From positions 1-64,000 of IMG/VR virus record IMGVR_UViG_3300046804_004738: DNA of 64,000 nucleotides. One strand, written 5' to 3'. Made by a program: the position numbers and the translations under genes. Positions 39,975 to 48,248 of this stretch are shown piece by piece. This stretch comes from a virus. A model generated the notes under the pieces. That model had not been told where the DNA came from. It saw only the letters and a list, made by a program, of their open reading frames with translations, and did not search any database. Position 1 is the stretch's first letter; each line of letters starts with the position of its first letter.

Positions 39975-40204
39975 TGAACGATTTTGTTCAAACTAAGGTG
40001 AATTTAGTGCTTTTTGACGAATACATTTGGGATTTAAGCGATTCGGGAATTATCTTAGATAATAGATTTGAAGTAGAAAAATTAGGTTGGAAACCGGGCG
40101 ATTATTTTAAATTAGTTTTGACTGATTCTGGATTAAAACTAATAAAAATAGATGACTTAGAAAAATTTATAATAAAGGGAAAAAACCATGAAACAAATGA
40201 TTGA
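39974..40204 (+). CDS. Small hypothetical protein (AbrB-like pattern LGWK-x-GD)
   Basis: ORF track. Confidence 0.5.
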   Translation: MNDFVQTKVNLVLFDEYIWDLSDSGIILDNRFEVEKLGWKPGDYFKLVLTDSGLKLIKIDDLEKFIIKGKNHETND

Positions 40205-40745
40205 TAAAGTAACAGGTAAAGTATTAAGTAGAAGTGAAGCTGAGGCTAAAATTAAAGATAAAGCAGGTTGGGTAATCACAGTTATTGCGTTATTACTTGC
40301 TGTAAATACTTACATGGCAAACAGCTTTAGTAGTAAAGTTTTAAACAATACCATTGCAGCAAACAATGTTTGGGCTTTTTATCAAGCAAAAAGTATTAAA
40401 CAAGCACTAGCAGAACAAAATTTAGATGACGCTATTGTTCGCGGGGACAAAGCAAAAGCTGAAAAAATGAAAGCTAAAATTGAACGCTATGAAAGTGATC
40501 CTGAAAAGGGTGAAGGTAAGAAAGAATTAATGGCAAAAGCACAGAAGCTTGAGGCAGATCGTGACCTAGCTAAAAAGCATGGACCTTGGATGACATTTGC
40601 AGGTACAAGTTACCAATTAGCTATTGTTTTACTTTCAGCTAGTATACTTGCAGTAAGTATGAGTATGTTCTATGCTAGTATTGGTGTAAGTTTATTTGGC
40701 TTTTTACTAATGAGCCAAGGTATCTGGATGTGGATGCCAATATAA
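40188..40745 (+). CDS. DUF4337-like membrane protein
   Basis: WAFYQAKSIKQ; QLAIVLLSASIL. Confidence 0.7.
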   Translation: MKQMIDKVTGKVLSRSEAEAKIKDKAGWVITVIALLLAVNTYMANSFSSKVLNNTIAANNVWAFYQAKSIKQALAEQNLDDAIVRGDKAKAEKMKAKIERYESDPEKGEGKKELMAKAQKLEADRDLAKKHGPWMTFAGTSYQLAIVLLSASILAVSMSMFYASIGVSLFGFLLMSQGIWMWMPI

Positions 40746-40799
40746 AATAAAATAGTAGTACAATAATAAAAAGATCCCTTAAAGGGACGGTAGAAAAAA

Positions 40800-41579
40800 A
40801 TGGATCCATTAACGCTGTTTGCGCTTGCCAACGGGGCAGTCAAACTCGTCAAAGAGGGTTGCAAACTCTATAAGGACATCAAAGGAGCGGCTGGGGAAAT
40901 CAAAGATGTCCTCAACGACCTTGACGACCAATTTCATAAAAAATTCAAAGATCGACAACCAACCGTTGCGGAAAAAAATCAGTACGTCACTGAACGTAAT
41001 CGTGTCATCGAATTAAACAAAAAAGGTGGCGAGACTACAAACATCTACACAGAAATTGGTCAACAATTAGGTACCTACTACGACAATTATTACAAATGTC
41101 TAGCGGTTTTTGAAGAAGAGGAACGCCGCAGCAAAACAGAAGTATATCACGGTGAAGATAGTGTTGGTAAACGTGCATTACAGCGAGTATTGCTTAAAAA
41201 GCAACTACAGGCAATGGGTGATGAATTACGTGAGATTATGGTTTACCAAAGTCCACCAGAACTGGGTGCATTGTGGACTGAAGTAGAAGCCATGATGAAA
41301 ACTGTGGGCAAGGAGCAGGCAGGTGCAATCGCACTTGAAATGAAAAGGGAAAGAGAGAAGGCTAGAATAAGAGCAAGGAAAAATAAAATTTTCCGTTATA
41401 GATTGACATGTTGGTCTTTAACTAGTATAATATTGGTGTACTTAATATGGTTAATGTGGTCTATTGTCCAAATACGAATAGCGAACCAGCCTGAACTAGG
41501 TGTGTGCCTCATCCCTAAAGGAACTTGGCCCTATCAGCATTACAACAACTTGAAATGGGTCGATTGTGATCCTAAATAA
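40800..41579 (+). CDS. Hypothetical coiled-coil protein with C-terminal TM
   Basis: MDPLTLFALAN start; C-terminal hydrophobic segment. Confidence 0.65.
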   Translation: MDPLTLFALANGAVKLVKEGCKLYKDIKGAAGEIKDVLNDLDDQFHKKFKDRQPTVAEKNQYVTERNRVIELNKKGGETTNIYTEIGQQLGTYYDNYYKCLAVFEEEERRSKTEVYHGEDSVGKRALQRVLLKKQLQAMGDELREIMVYQSPPELGALWTEVEAMMKTVGKEQAGAIALEMKREREKARIRARKNKIFRYRLTCWSLTSIILVYLIWLMWSIVQIRIANQPELGVCLIPKGTWPYQHYNNLKWVDCDPK

Positions 41580-41586
41580 ATACACT

Positions 41587-41730
41587 ATGAAACTTTTTAT
41601 AATAACACTTTTTACAGTTCTACTGACAATAGCAATGAGAATGGGTGATCCATATGCCATGGGATTATGCATTATTGGATTTATGATTATGTTTTACTTT
41701 GTTGAAGATTCACAAAATGAGACTTTTTGA
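41587..41730 (+). CDS. Small two-TM protein (47 aa, not in ORF track)
   Basis: TAAATA 5 nt upstream; MKLFIITLFTVLLTIAMRMGDPYAMGLCIIGFMIMFYF. Confidence 0.45.
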   Translation: MKLFIITLFTVLLTIAMRMGDPYAMGLCIIGFMIMFYFVEDSQNETF

Positions 41731-42325
41731 AATAGATTCCCAGCAAAAAGAAGTTAAGAAAATGCCCCATCTATTTTTAGATATGGATGGGGTGCAAGCT
41801 GACTTCTTTACCCAATGGGCTCGTTGGTGGAGTTCCAAAATGAATGATCCTAATATACAATGGTATAAGGACATCGGGGACAAAGAACAGCGTGAAATTT
41901 CAATAGCAGCATTACAGGCGGAAGGGCCTGAATTTGTGTACGAATTCTTTGCTACCCTTCCTGTACTATCAGGTTGCAGTGAAATATTAAGCTGGATAAA
42001 TCAAAACAAAATTCCTTGCACTATCTTATCTGCTCCATTAAGATCACCAAAAGAAGATAAAAGGAAAGTAATTACTCAAGCTAGTATTGAGGGTAAGAAG
42101 TATTGGTTAGCAAATCATAATCCAAATATGCCAGCTATATTTGATGGCAACAAAGATCGTTATGCTACAAAAGGTGGCCAAGCAAACGTGCTAATTGACG
42201 ATCATAAAAAGTACATATCAGGTTGGGAAAATTCAGGTGGTATTGGAATATTACATCGCTGGAATAATACACAAGAAACGATTCAAAAACTAAACGACAT
42301 ATACGGACCCTATATAGATAAATAG
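41717..42325 (+). CDS. HAD-family 5'(3')-deoxyribonucleotidase
   Basis: LFLDMDGV-x-ADF, ILSAP, GK-x-x-W, LIDD...W-x-x-x-GG-x-GI-x-H. Confidence 0.85.
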   Translation: MRLFEIDSQQKEVKKMPHLFLDMDGVQADFFTQWARWWSSKMNDPNIQWYKDIGDKEQREISIAALQAEGPEFVYEFFATLPVLSGCSEILSWINQNKIPCTILSAPLRSPKEDKRKVITQASIEGKKYWLANHNPNMPAIFDGNKDRYATKGGQANVLIDDHKKYISGWENSGGIGILHRWNNTQETIQKLNDIYGPYIDK

Positions 42326-42350
42326 TATATTGCCCTTAACTGGATATACT

Positions 42351-44015
42351 ATGACAGATACAAAATTTTTTAGAAAATATTTAGATTTAATTAACGAAGC
42401 AGAAGCCGCTCCCACACCTACCGGAGGAAGAACAGGTTCCCAACAAGATATAGAAAAAATGATGGGGAATTTAGGTGTTAGCCCGGAAGAACTGTCTGCA
42501 AGACAAGCACAGGATGATGCAGCTATCCCTGCTCCAACTACTGTAGGAACTGTAAATCCTAGCGTAAATCCTAATATCACTAAACAAATTGCTGCTGGCC
42601 AAAACGCAGAACAATGGGCGAAGCAAGATTCAGCAGACAAGGCAGCAGCCGCGCAAGAAAGAGGTTCTAATGTTCAAGCAATGCAAAAGGCAGGTATAGA
42701 TCAAAAAACAATTGATATGTATGCAAACGATGATCTTCAAGGAATGGCTAATCAAACTGCCGCAGCACTGAAAAATTTACCGAGCAAAGCCGAAGCACAA
42801 AAAATGATGCGACAAGGAATGGCTAGTAAAGAATTTGCTTCACTTCCAAAAGATCAACAAGACGCATATAGAGCGCAGGCGGCCGAACTAGATGCAATGC
42901 CAGATGATTATCGTGAACAGGGTGCTGCTAGCTTTAAACAAATAGGTGGCATAGCTGCTCAAGATCAAGCAGACAAAAAAGCAGGAAAAGGGATGTATGA
43001 TCCTAAATTAATGCAACCTATTAAGGCAAACTATGAGCCTAGATATACAGAAAAAGACATATATGATTTAGAAGCAAATAAATATTCCCCAAGTGGTTTC
43101 GCAGGTAGAAACATTGCACAAACAGTGGCAGCAAAACCTGTAAGTCCTACTGCACCTACACAAACTACAACTAATTTACAAGTAGCAAAAAATCCAGAGA
43201 CCGGAAATCCAAAATTAGGAAGTCCGTTAGAAGTTGCTCCAACACAACCGACAACAGCAGCACCGGCACCTACAACAACACCAACGCAACCGACAGCAGC
43301 ACCGGCACCTACAACAACACCAACGCAACCACAACCTACTCAACAAAAACCTACAACAGAAGAAAAAGAGGATATGGATGATAGAAAACTAATGAGAAAA
43401 TATATGGATTACTTAGACGAAGCTCCTGCCCAAGCTATTAATCCGAATGATCCTCATGCTGCTGCTTTTGGTAAACAAATAAATGCGCCTGCACCAAATA
43501 CAAACATTGATACTAGGGCCACTGCGCAGAGAGATAAATTAGCACAACAAATGGCATCAGGTAAAATTAACTCTCCAGCACCACAAACAGTAAATCCAAA
43601 TCAGCAATATGGCGGTGGATATGATCCTACTAAGGTTCAATATGCAGCAGGAGCAAAAAGTCAACAACCAGTTAATAATCAAAGTAGCGGATATACAGCG
43701 CAATCACAAGCACAAAAGACGCCAGAACCAGCAGTTAATAATCAAAGTAGCGGATATACAGCGCAATCACAAGCAGTAGCAACAAGAGGGGCAGGTACTC
43801 AATCTACGCCTGAACCAAGTTTAGCAAGTCAATATATTGCAGCAAATCAACCTCAATCTGCTACTGTTACTAAATCTGCTCCCGCACCTGCTACTGAACC
43901 AAGTTTAGCAAGTCAATATATTGCAGCAAATCAACCTCAAACCGTAGCTGAAGAAGGCTTAGATGACAATAGTGACGATATATTAAAAGCAATTATAAGA
44001 TTAATTAAAAAATAA
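42351..44015 (+). CDS. Low-complexity A/Q/P/T-rich late protein, probable internal head protein
   Basis: TAAATA 42319; two RKY-x-D-x-x-x-EA motifs; internal duplications. Confidence 0.55.
   Translation: MTDTKFFRKYLDLINEAEAAPTPTGGRTGSQQDIEKMMGNLGVSPEELSARQAQDDAAIPAPTTVGTVNPSVNPNITKQIAAGQNAEQWAKQDSADKAAAAQERGSNVQAMQKAGIDQKTIDMYANDDLQGMANQTAAALKNLPSKAEAQKMMRQGMASKEFASLPKDQQDAYRAQAAELDAMPDDYREQGAASFKQIGGIAAQDQADKKAGKGMYDPKLMQPIKANYEPRYTEKDIYDLEANKYSPSGFAGRNIAQTVAAKPVSPTAPTQTTTNLQVAKNPETGNPKLGSPLEVAPTQPTTAAPAPTTTPTQPTAAPAPTTTPTQPQPTQQKPTTEEKEDMDDRKLMRKYMDYLDEAPAQAINPNDPHAAAFGKQINAPAPNTNIDTRATAQRDKLAQQMASGKINSPAPQTVNPNQQYGGGYDPTKVQYAAGAKSQQPVNNQSSGYTAQSQAQKTPEPAVNNQSSGYTAQSQAVATRGAGTQSTPEPSLASQYIAANQPQSATVTKSAPAPATEPSLASQYIAANQPQTVAEEGLDDNSDDILKAIIRLIKK
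43254..43940 (+). repeat. Three pairs of exact in-frame direct repeats
   Basis: 38 bp (43254/43293), 44 bp (43669/43732), 47 bp (43810/43894); periods 39, 63 and 84 bp. Confidence 0.9.
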
Positions 44016-45190
44016 TGAGAGCAAAAGAATTTATAGTTGAGGCAAACTCTAAACAACCTGAATCTGCAAGGCAAAAATTTCTAAATAAAGTTATTGGACC
44101 AGAGTCTGGTGGTAATGTTTCTATAAAAAATCCACGAAGTAGTGCAACAGGATTATTTCAATTTATCAAATCAACTTGGGACAATACTGTTGCAAAAGCT
44201 AAACCAGGTGACCCACACTACGGTGTCAGTTTTAATGATATGAAAAAAAATCCAGCAGCACAAAGAGCCGCTGCAGACCAAATTTCACGTGAGTATCAAG
44301 CAGCAATTCAAAAAAATAATTTACCAGATACCCCTGGTATGTATTATCTATTTCATGGGCATGGGGCAAAAGCAATTGATCTTTATAATAACCCTGATAA
44401 ACAATTAAAAGATATTTATGATCCTTACGCTAGAGATAAACAAGGAAAAATAATATACAATCCAAAAACAGGAAAACCAGTTAAATCTATCATTTATAAA
44501 CAAAATCCAAATTTTGACCCTGAAGAAAAAATTTCTACATTTATCGCAGGGAGAGCAGCAGCAGTTGGCGATAATATTACTAATATATATCCTGATAAAA
44601 CTAAATTAGCAGTGGTCACTCCGACAAGTAAAACTACAAAAACAGATACAACTACAAATACTGCCCAAACTACAGATAAGAAAATTACACCATCACCTGT
44701 CGTTGCACAAACAACTAAAGAACCTGATATAGTCTCTCAGTATGTTGACGTAAATAAAGGACCTGGCGTAATTGATAAAGTTAAAAAAACAGTTACAGAC
44801 ATTGTTAGTCCTGCTATAGCACCAAAAACTGCAAAAGCAACAACACCAGAAATTCCTAAAACTAAACCTGAATTTATTCCAGGCACTCCAGAATACGATG
44901 CACGGATGGAAAAGCAACAAATCGCAGCCGGGGAAAAATTTAGTAAAGAACGTGAGGCTAGATTAGCCAAAGAACGTGATTTAATGTCCAAAAAATTACC
45001 TATGTCCCCGCCTTCAACTGACCCTGAATTAGATCCCCAGGGTTGGAAAAAATATGATGATTATATGGAAAAACTTCAAAGTGAAAAAGGTGACAAATAT
45101 CATCAAGAATATATGGACAATGAAAAAAAGTTAAATCAAACTTCATCAGACGATAGCTATTACACCAAATTTAAAAACTTACTGAAATAA
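44015..45190 (+). CDS. Lytic transglycosylase (SLT/lysozyme-like) domain protein with capsid-targeting-like leader
   Basis: MRAKEFIVE|A; ESGG...SSATGLFQFI-x-STW; Y-x-x-H; QNP. Confidence 0.75.
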   Translation: MRAKEFIVEANSKQPESARQKFLNKVIGPESGGNVSIKNPRSSATGLFQFIKSTWDNTVAKAKPGDPHYGVSFNDMKKNPAAQRAAADQISREYQAAIQKNNLPDTPGMYYLFHGHGAKAIDLYNNPDKQLKDIYDPYARDKQGKIIYNPKTGKPVKSIIYKQNPNFDPEEKISTFIAGRAAAVGDNITNIYPDKTKLAVVTPTSKTTKTDTTTNTAQTTDKKITPSPVVAQTTKEPDIVSQYVDVNKGPGVIDKVKKTVTDIVSPAIAPKTAKATTPEIPKTKPEFIPGTPEYDARMEKQQIAAGEKFSKEREARLAKERDLMSKKLPMSPPSTDPELDPQGWKKYDDYMEKLQSEKGDKYHQEYMDNEKKLNQTSSDDSYYTKFKNLLK

Positions 45191-45225
45191 TTTATTGGTA
45201 AATTTGTATCGTAATAAGTAACTGT

Positions 45226-45408
45226 ATGCCTAAGCAAAAAAAGAATCGCAATCAATACGAAGTTATTACCCAACAGGATAGTAATGGGGATGTATTGATT
45301 CCGATTCCTCCGGTATTATTGGATTCATTAAATTGGAAACAAGGTGATGAAATAAGTTTTGACTTAGATGATAAAGGCAGATTTATTCTTAAAAAGGTAT
45401 TTAAATGA
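45226..45408 (+). CDS. AbrB/MazE/SpoVT-family DNA-binding protein
   Basis: GDVLIPIP-x-x-LL-x-x-L-x-WKQGD-x-I-x-F. Confidence 0.75.
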   Translation: MPKQKKNRNQYEVITQQDSNGDVLIPIPPVLLDSLNWKQGDEISFDLDDKGRFILKKVFK

Positions 45409-45947
45409 AAAACGATTCAATGGATCATGCATATGCAAAAATTAATTTATCTGATATTTTTAGTGAGGATTATATAACAGTATCGGAGAAAGAAGATATT
45501 CCATCTTTGAGCCTAAGCGGATTAGATACAATCACTTTAGATTCACTATCCGATACATATTATGCTAATCCTATTACTAATGTGAGTATAGCAGGATCAG
45601 GCACAAGCATATATCAAGGATTAACCAGTCAAACAATAACACTTTCACCAAGTCCGTATTCAAACATATCGTCATGGCCATCAATAAACGACACACTCAC
45701 AGTTAATCATGGTAACAATAACGGCATTAAAGTAAAGGGTGATACAGAGATTGAGGGTAGCTTAAAAGTAAAAGGGGTTGATTTAGGTGAAATGTTGTCA
45801 AAAATACAAGATCAATTAGCAATTTATCAACCTGCCCCTGAACTTGAAGAAAAGTGGGAAAAACTACGTGATTTAGCCCGTCAATACAAAGAAATGGTCG
45901 CTGACATTAAAGAAAAAGAAAAGATTTGGGATATTCTTCAAAAATAA
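45405..45947 (+). CDS. Hypothetical phage protein
   Basis: ORF track; PELEEKWEKL. Confidence 0.6.
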   Translation: MKNDSMDHAYAKINLSDIFSEDYITVSEKEDIPSLSLSGLDTITLDSLSDTYYANPITNVSIAGSGTSIYQGLTSQTITLSPSPYSNISSWPSINDTLTVNHGNNNGIKVKGDTEIEGSLKVKGVDLGEMLSKIQDQLAIYQPAPELEEKWEKLRDLARQYKEMVADIKEKEKIWDILQK

Positions 45948-45948
45948 C

Positions 45949-45977
45949 TTGACAATAAATACACACGGTGCTATACT
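45949..45977 (+). promoter_or_regulatory. Sigma70-type promoter
   Basis: TTGACA-ataaatacacacggtgc-TATACT. Confidence 0.82.
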
Positions 45978-46010
45978 ATACTCACTATCAACTCATGTTG
46001 TTATTTTGAT

Positions 46011-46400
46011 ATGACAATGCACCTCGCACACCCTGCACTCACTACCCTTGGCAAACGTAAGGGAAAGAAAAAGTGGGCATCCTCTGAAGCAAAGCAAAAA
46101 GCCGCACAACTTGACCGTGAGTGGCAGGATCTACAGGCTAAGTGGAAAACAGATATCAGTGATCGTAAATGTGATAGAGGTCTTAAGGCTAATGTTTACA
46201 AGCCGCCTGTCAACCCACGTGTTGCAGAAATAAAAAAGTTTGCAAGTGTTGACACAGGTATTAAGGGTGCAGTTACTATCAAACAACCAATGCAATACAC
46301 AGGTGACAAAATAATTGGTATTGGTACCATGCACAAGTCTAATGCTGTACCAATCTTTAATGATGAGGCAGCAAAAGATATTAGCAAAATGAGGAGATAA
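46011..46400 (+). CDS. T4-like phage hypothetical protein (MHKSNAVP family)
   Basis: YTG-x-x-IIGIGTMHKSNAVP...DISKMRR. Confidence 0.7.
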   Translation: MTMHLAHPALTTLGKRKGKKKWASSEAKQKAAQLDREWQDLQAKWKTDISDRKCDRGLKANVYKPPVNPRVAEIKKFASVDTGIKGAVTIKQPMQYTGDKIIGIGTMHKSNAVPIFNDEAAKDISKMRR

Positions 46401-46410
46401 ATCAAATTAA

Positions 46411-46626
46411 ATGGCAAAAGAAGAAACATTAAAATTAGATGGAGTAGTAACAGACGTTTTACCAAACGCAATGTTTAGAGTTGACCTAGAAACAGGACAA
46501 AATGTTATAGGTTACATTTCTGGTAAAATGCGCCAGCATGATATTAAAATACTGTTAGGTGATACAGTAGAAGTCGAGTTTAGTCTATATGATATGAGCC
46601 GCGGCAGAATAACAAGACGGCGTTAA
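46411..46626 (+). CDS. infA: Translation initiation factor IF-1
   Basis: [13 protein letters not shown]-x-L, ISGKMR, IL-x-GD-x-V-x-VE, YD-x-SRGRI. Confidence 0.95.
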   Translation: MAKEETLKLDGVVTDVLPNAMFRVDLETGQNVIGYISGKMRQHDIKILLGDTVEVEFSLYDMSRGRITRRR

Positions 46627-46646
46627 ATCTCAATAAATACTCTACA

Positions 46647-47198
46647 ATGATCAGTATTGTAGAGAATCTTTCCGAATCCCGTAAAAAGAATCTTGAGATA
46701 TTACCACTCAAGTATTCTCCTACCGATTTAAGTCCTATAATCAGCAAAGCTACAATCGACTATCACTATGAAGAATTAGCAAAAGGCTACGCAAAACGTT
46801 ATAATAATAACGAAGGTGATAGTGAGTTTAATTATGCAGGCGTTTTCTTGCATAACATTTACTTTGCTCAGTTTCAAAAACCAAAAGAATCAGGAACACC
46901 AAATGGGCCTGTACTCAATTTAATAAAAAGAAGATTTGGTTGGTGGCGTGATTTTAAAGAAAAGTTTAAAGAAGAAGCAATGAAGATACAAGGTAGTGGT
47001 TGGATCTACCTTACATACAATGGTGAAATACGAACTATAGTCAACCATGAGGTTCGTGAAGATATACTAATTTTAGTTGATTGGTGGGAACATGCCTGGG
47101 CACTAGATTACCAATCAGACAAAAAACAATACTTAGAAAATACATGGAAGATTATGAACTGGAGTCATATAAACACACGATGGGGCAAGAATCTTTAA
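46647..47198 (+). CDS. sod: Fe/Mn superoxide dismutase (shortened)
   Basis: L-x-Y...L-x-P-x-IS, YHY, LHNIYF, GSGW, DWWEHAW; all four metal ligands present. Confidence 0.9.
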   Translation: MISIVENLSESRKKNLEILPLKYSPTDLSPIISKATIDYHYEELAKGYAKRYNNNEGDSEFNYAGVFLHNIYFAQFQKPKESGTPNGPVLNLIKRRFGWWRDFKEKFKEEAMKIQGSGWIYLTYNGEIRTIVNHEVREDILILVDWWEHAWALDYQSDKKQYLENTWKIMNWSHINTRWGKNL

Positions 47199-47899
47199 TG
47201 AATCAAAAAATTTGTGTAGTAACTGCTACAAGAGAAAAGACAATTCAAGATTTTAAAAGTAAAACACTATTAGGTCAATCATTAGGAATCCATACTTACT
47301 TTGACATTGAGTTGCAATGTTACAACAATAACACAAATGGCTTAAGCAAATGTTATAATGATGCGATTAAGAAAAAAATAAACGAGGATACGATTTTAGT
47401 TTTTGTCCATGATGACGTTGCTCTTTTAGATTATTATTGGCCGTTGCGTGTAATTGAAAGTTTAGAAAAATTTGATATATCTGGAATAGCTGGAAATATT
47501 AGACATGAGATAAACTTTCCGAGTTGGGCACATAGCCACAGTGACGGTAAAAATGTCATTTGGGATGATGATAAAAATTTGTCTGGATGTATGTTACACA
47601 GCGATACATGGCCTCCTAAAATAGTAACTGTTTACGGAGACCCATGTAAAGAAGTTGTTAATTTAGATGGTGCATTTATTGCATGTAGTACCAAAACTTT
47701 AAGAAATTTTAACTTAACTTTTGATGAACAATTTGAATTTCATTTTTATGATGCAGATTTTTGTAAAGCTGCACACGAAAAAAAATGTAAATTAGGTACG
47801 TTTCCATTAGCTTTAATGCATTCAGGAAAAGGAAGAATGGATACACTTGAGTACAGGACTGGATATTTAAAATATAATGAAAAATGGAGTAAAATATGA
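47198..47899 (+). CDS. GT-A (GT2-like) glycosyltransferase
   Basis: YN, FVHDDV, GIAG, LDG-x-F, FDE-x-F-x-FHFYD-x-D-x-C. Confidence 0.8.
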   Translation: MNQKICVVTATREKTIQDFKSKTLLGQSLGIHTYFDIELQCYNNNTNGLSKCYNDAIKKKINEDTILVFVHDDVALLDYYWPLRVIESLEKFDISGIAGNIRHEINFPSWAHSHSDGKNVIWDDDKNLSGCMLHSDTWPPKIVTVYGDPCKEVVNLDGAFIACSTKTLRNFNLTFDEQFEFHFYDADFCKAAHEKKCKLGTFPLALMHSGKGRMDTLEYRTGYLKYNEKWSKI

Positions 47900-48225
47900 A
47901 TTTAATTATAACTGAAAGTGCAAAAACAAAACTTTATGAAGTAATTACGGAAGAAAACGACCCTACGTTAAAACTACGTATATTTGTGCAGGGCGGGGGA
48001 TGCAGTGGTATGCAATATGGGTTTACTTTTGATAATGAAACTTCTGAGGACGACTGGAATATTGACGCTGGACCTGTTAATGTTTTGATTGATGTTATGT
48101 CTGCCCAATATCTAGAGGGTGCAGAAATAGACTATGCAGAAGATATCTATGGAGCTAGCTTTAAAATAAAGAACCCAAATGCTCAAACTAGTTGTGGGTG
48201 TGGGTCCAGCTTCAGTCCTTATTGA
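47896..48225 (+). CDS. erpA: A-type Fe-S cluster carrier (ErpA/IscA)
   Basis: [12 protein letters not shown]-x-QYGFTFD; NPNA[10 protein letters not shown]. Confidence 0.93.
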   Translation: MNLIITESAKTKLYEVITEENDPTLKLRIFVQGGGCSGMQYGFTFDNETSEDDWNIDAGPVNVLIDVMSAQYLEGAEIDYAEDIYGASFKIKNPNAQTSCGCGSSFSPY

Positions 48226-48248
48226 TAAATACTAGATGGGGGACTAAT

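Noticed and set aside
43254-43940. Direct repeats as CRISPR or DGR template/variable repeats
   Set aside because: They are exact in-frame coding duplications with no adenine-specific mismatches, and no reverse transcriptase lies in the window.
45226-45947. AbrB/MazE gene plus downstream ORF as a toxin-antitoxin pair
   Set aside because: The downstream protein shows no MazF, PIN or other toxin motif.
47081-47197. N-terminal extension of the GT2 ORF overlapping sod
   Set aside because: TAATG stop/start coupling at 47198 gives a better start; the extension is a shadow of sod.
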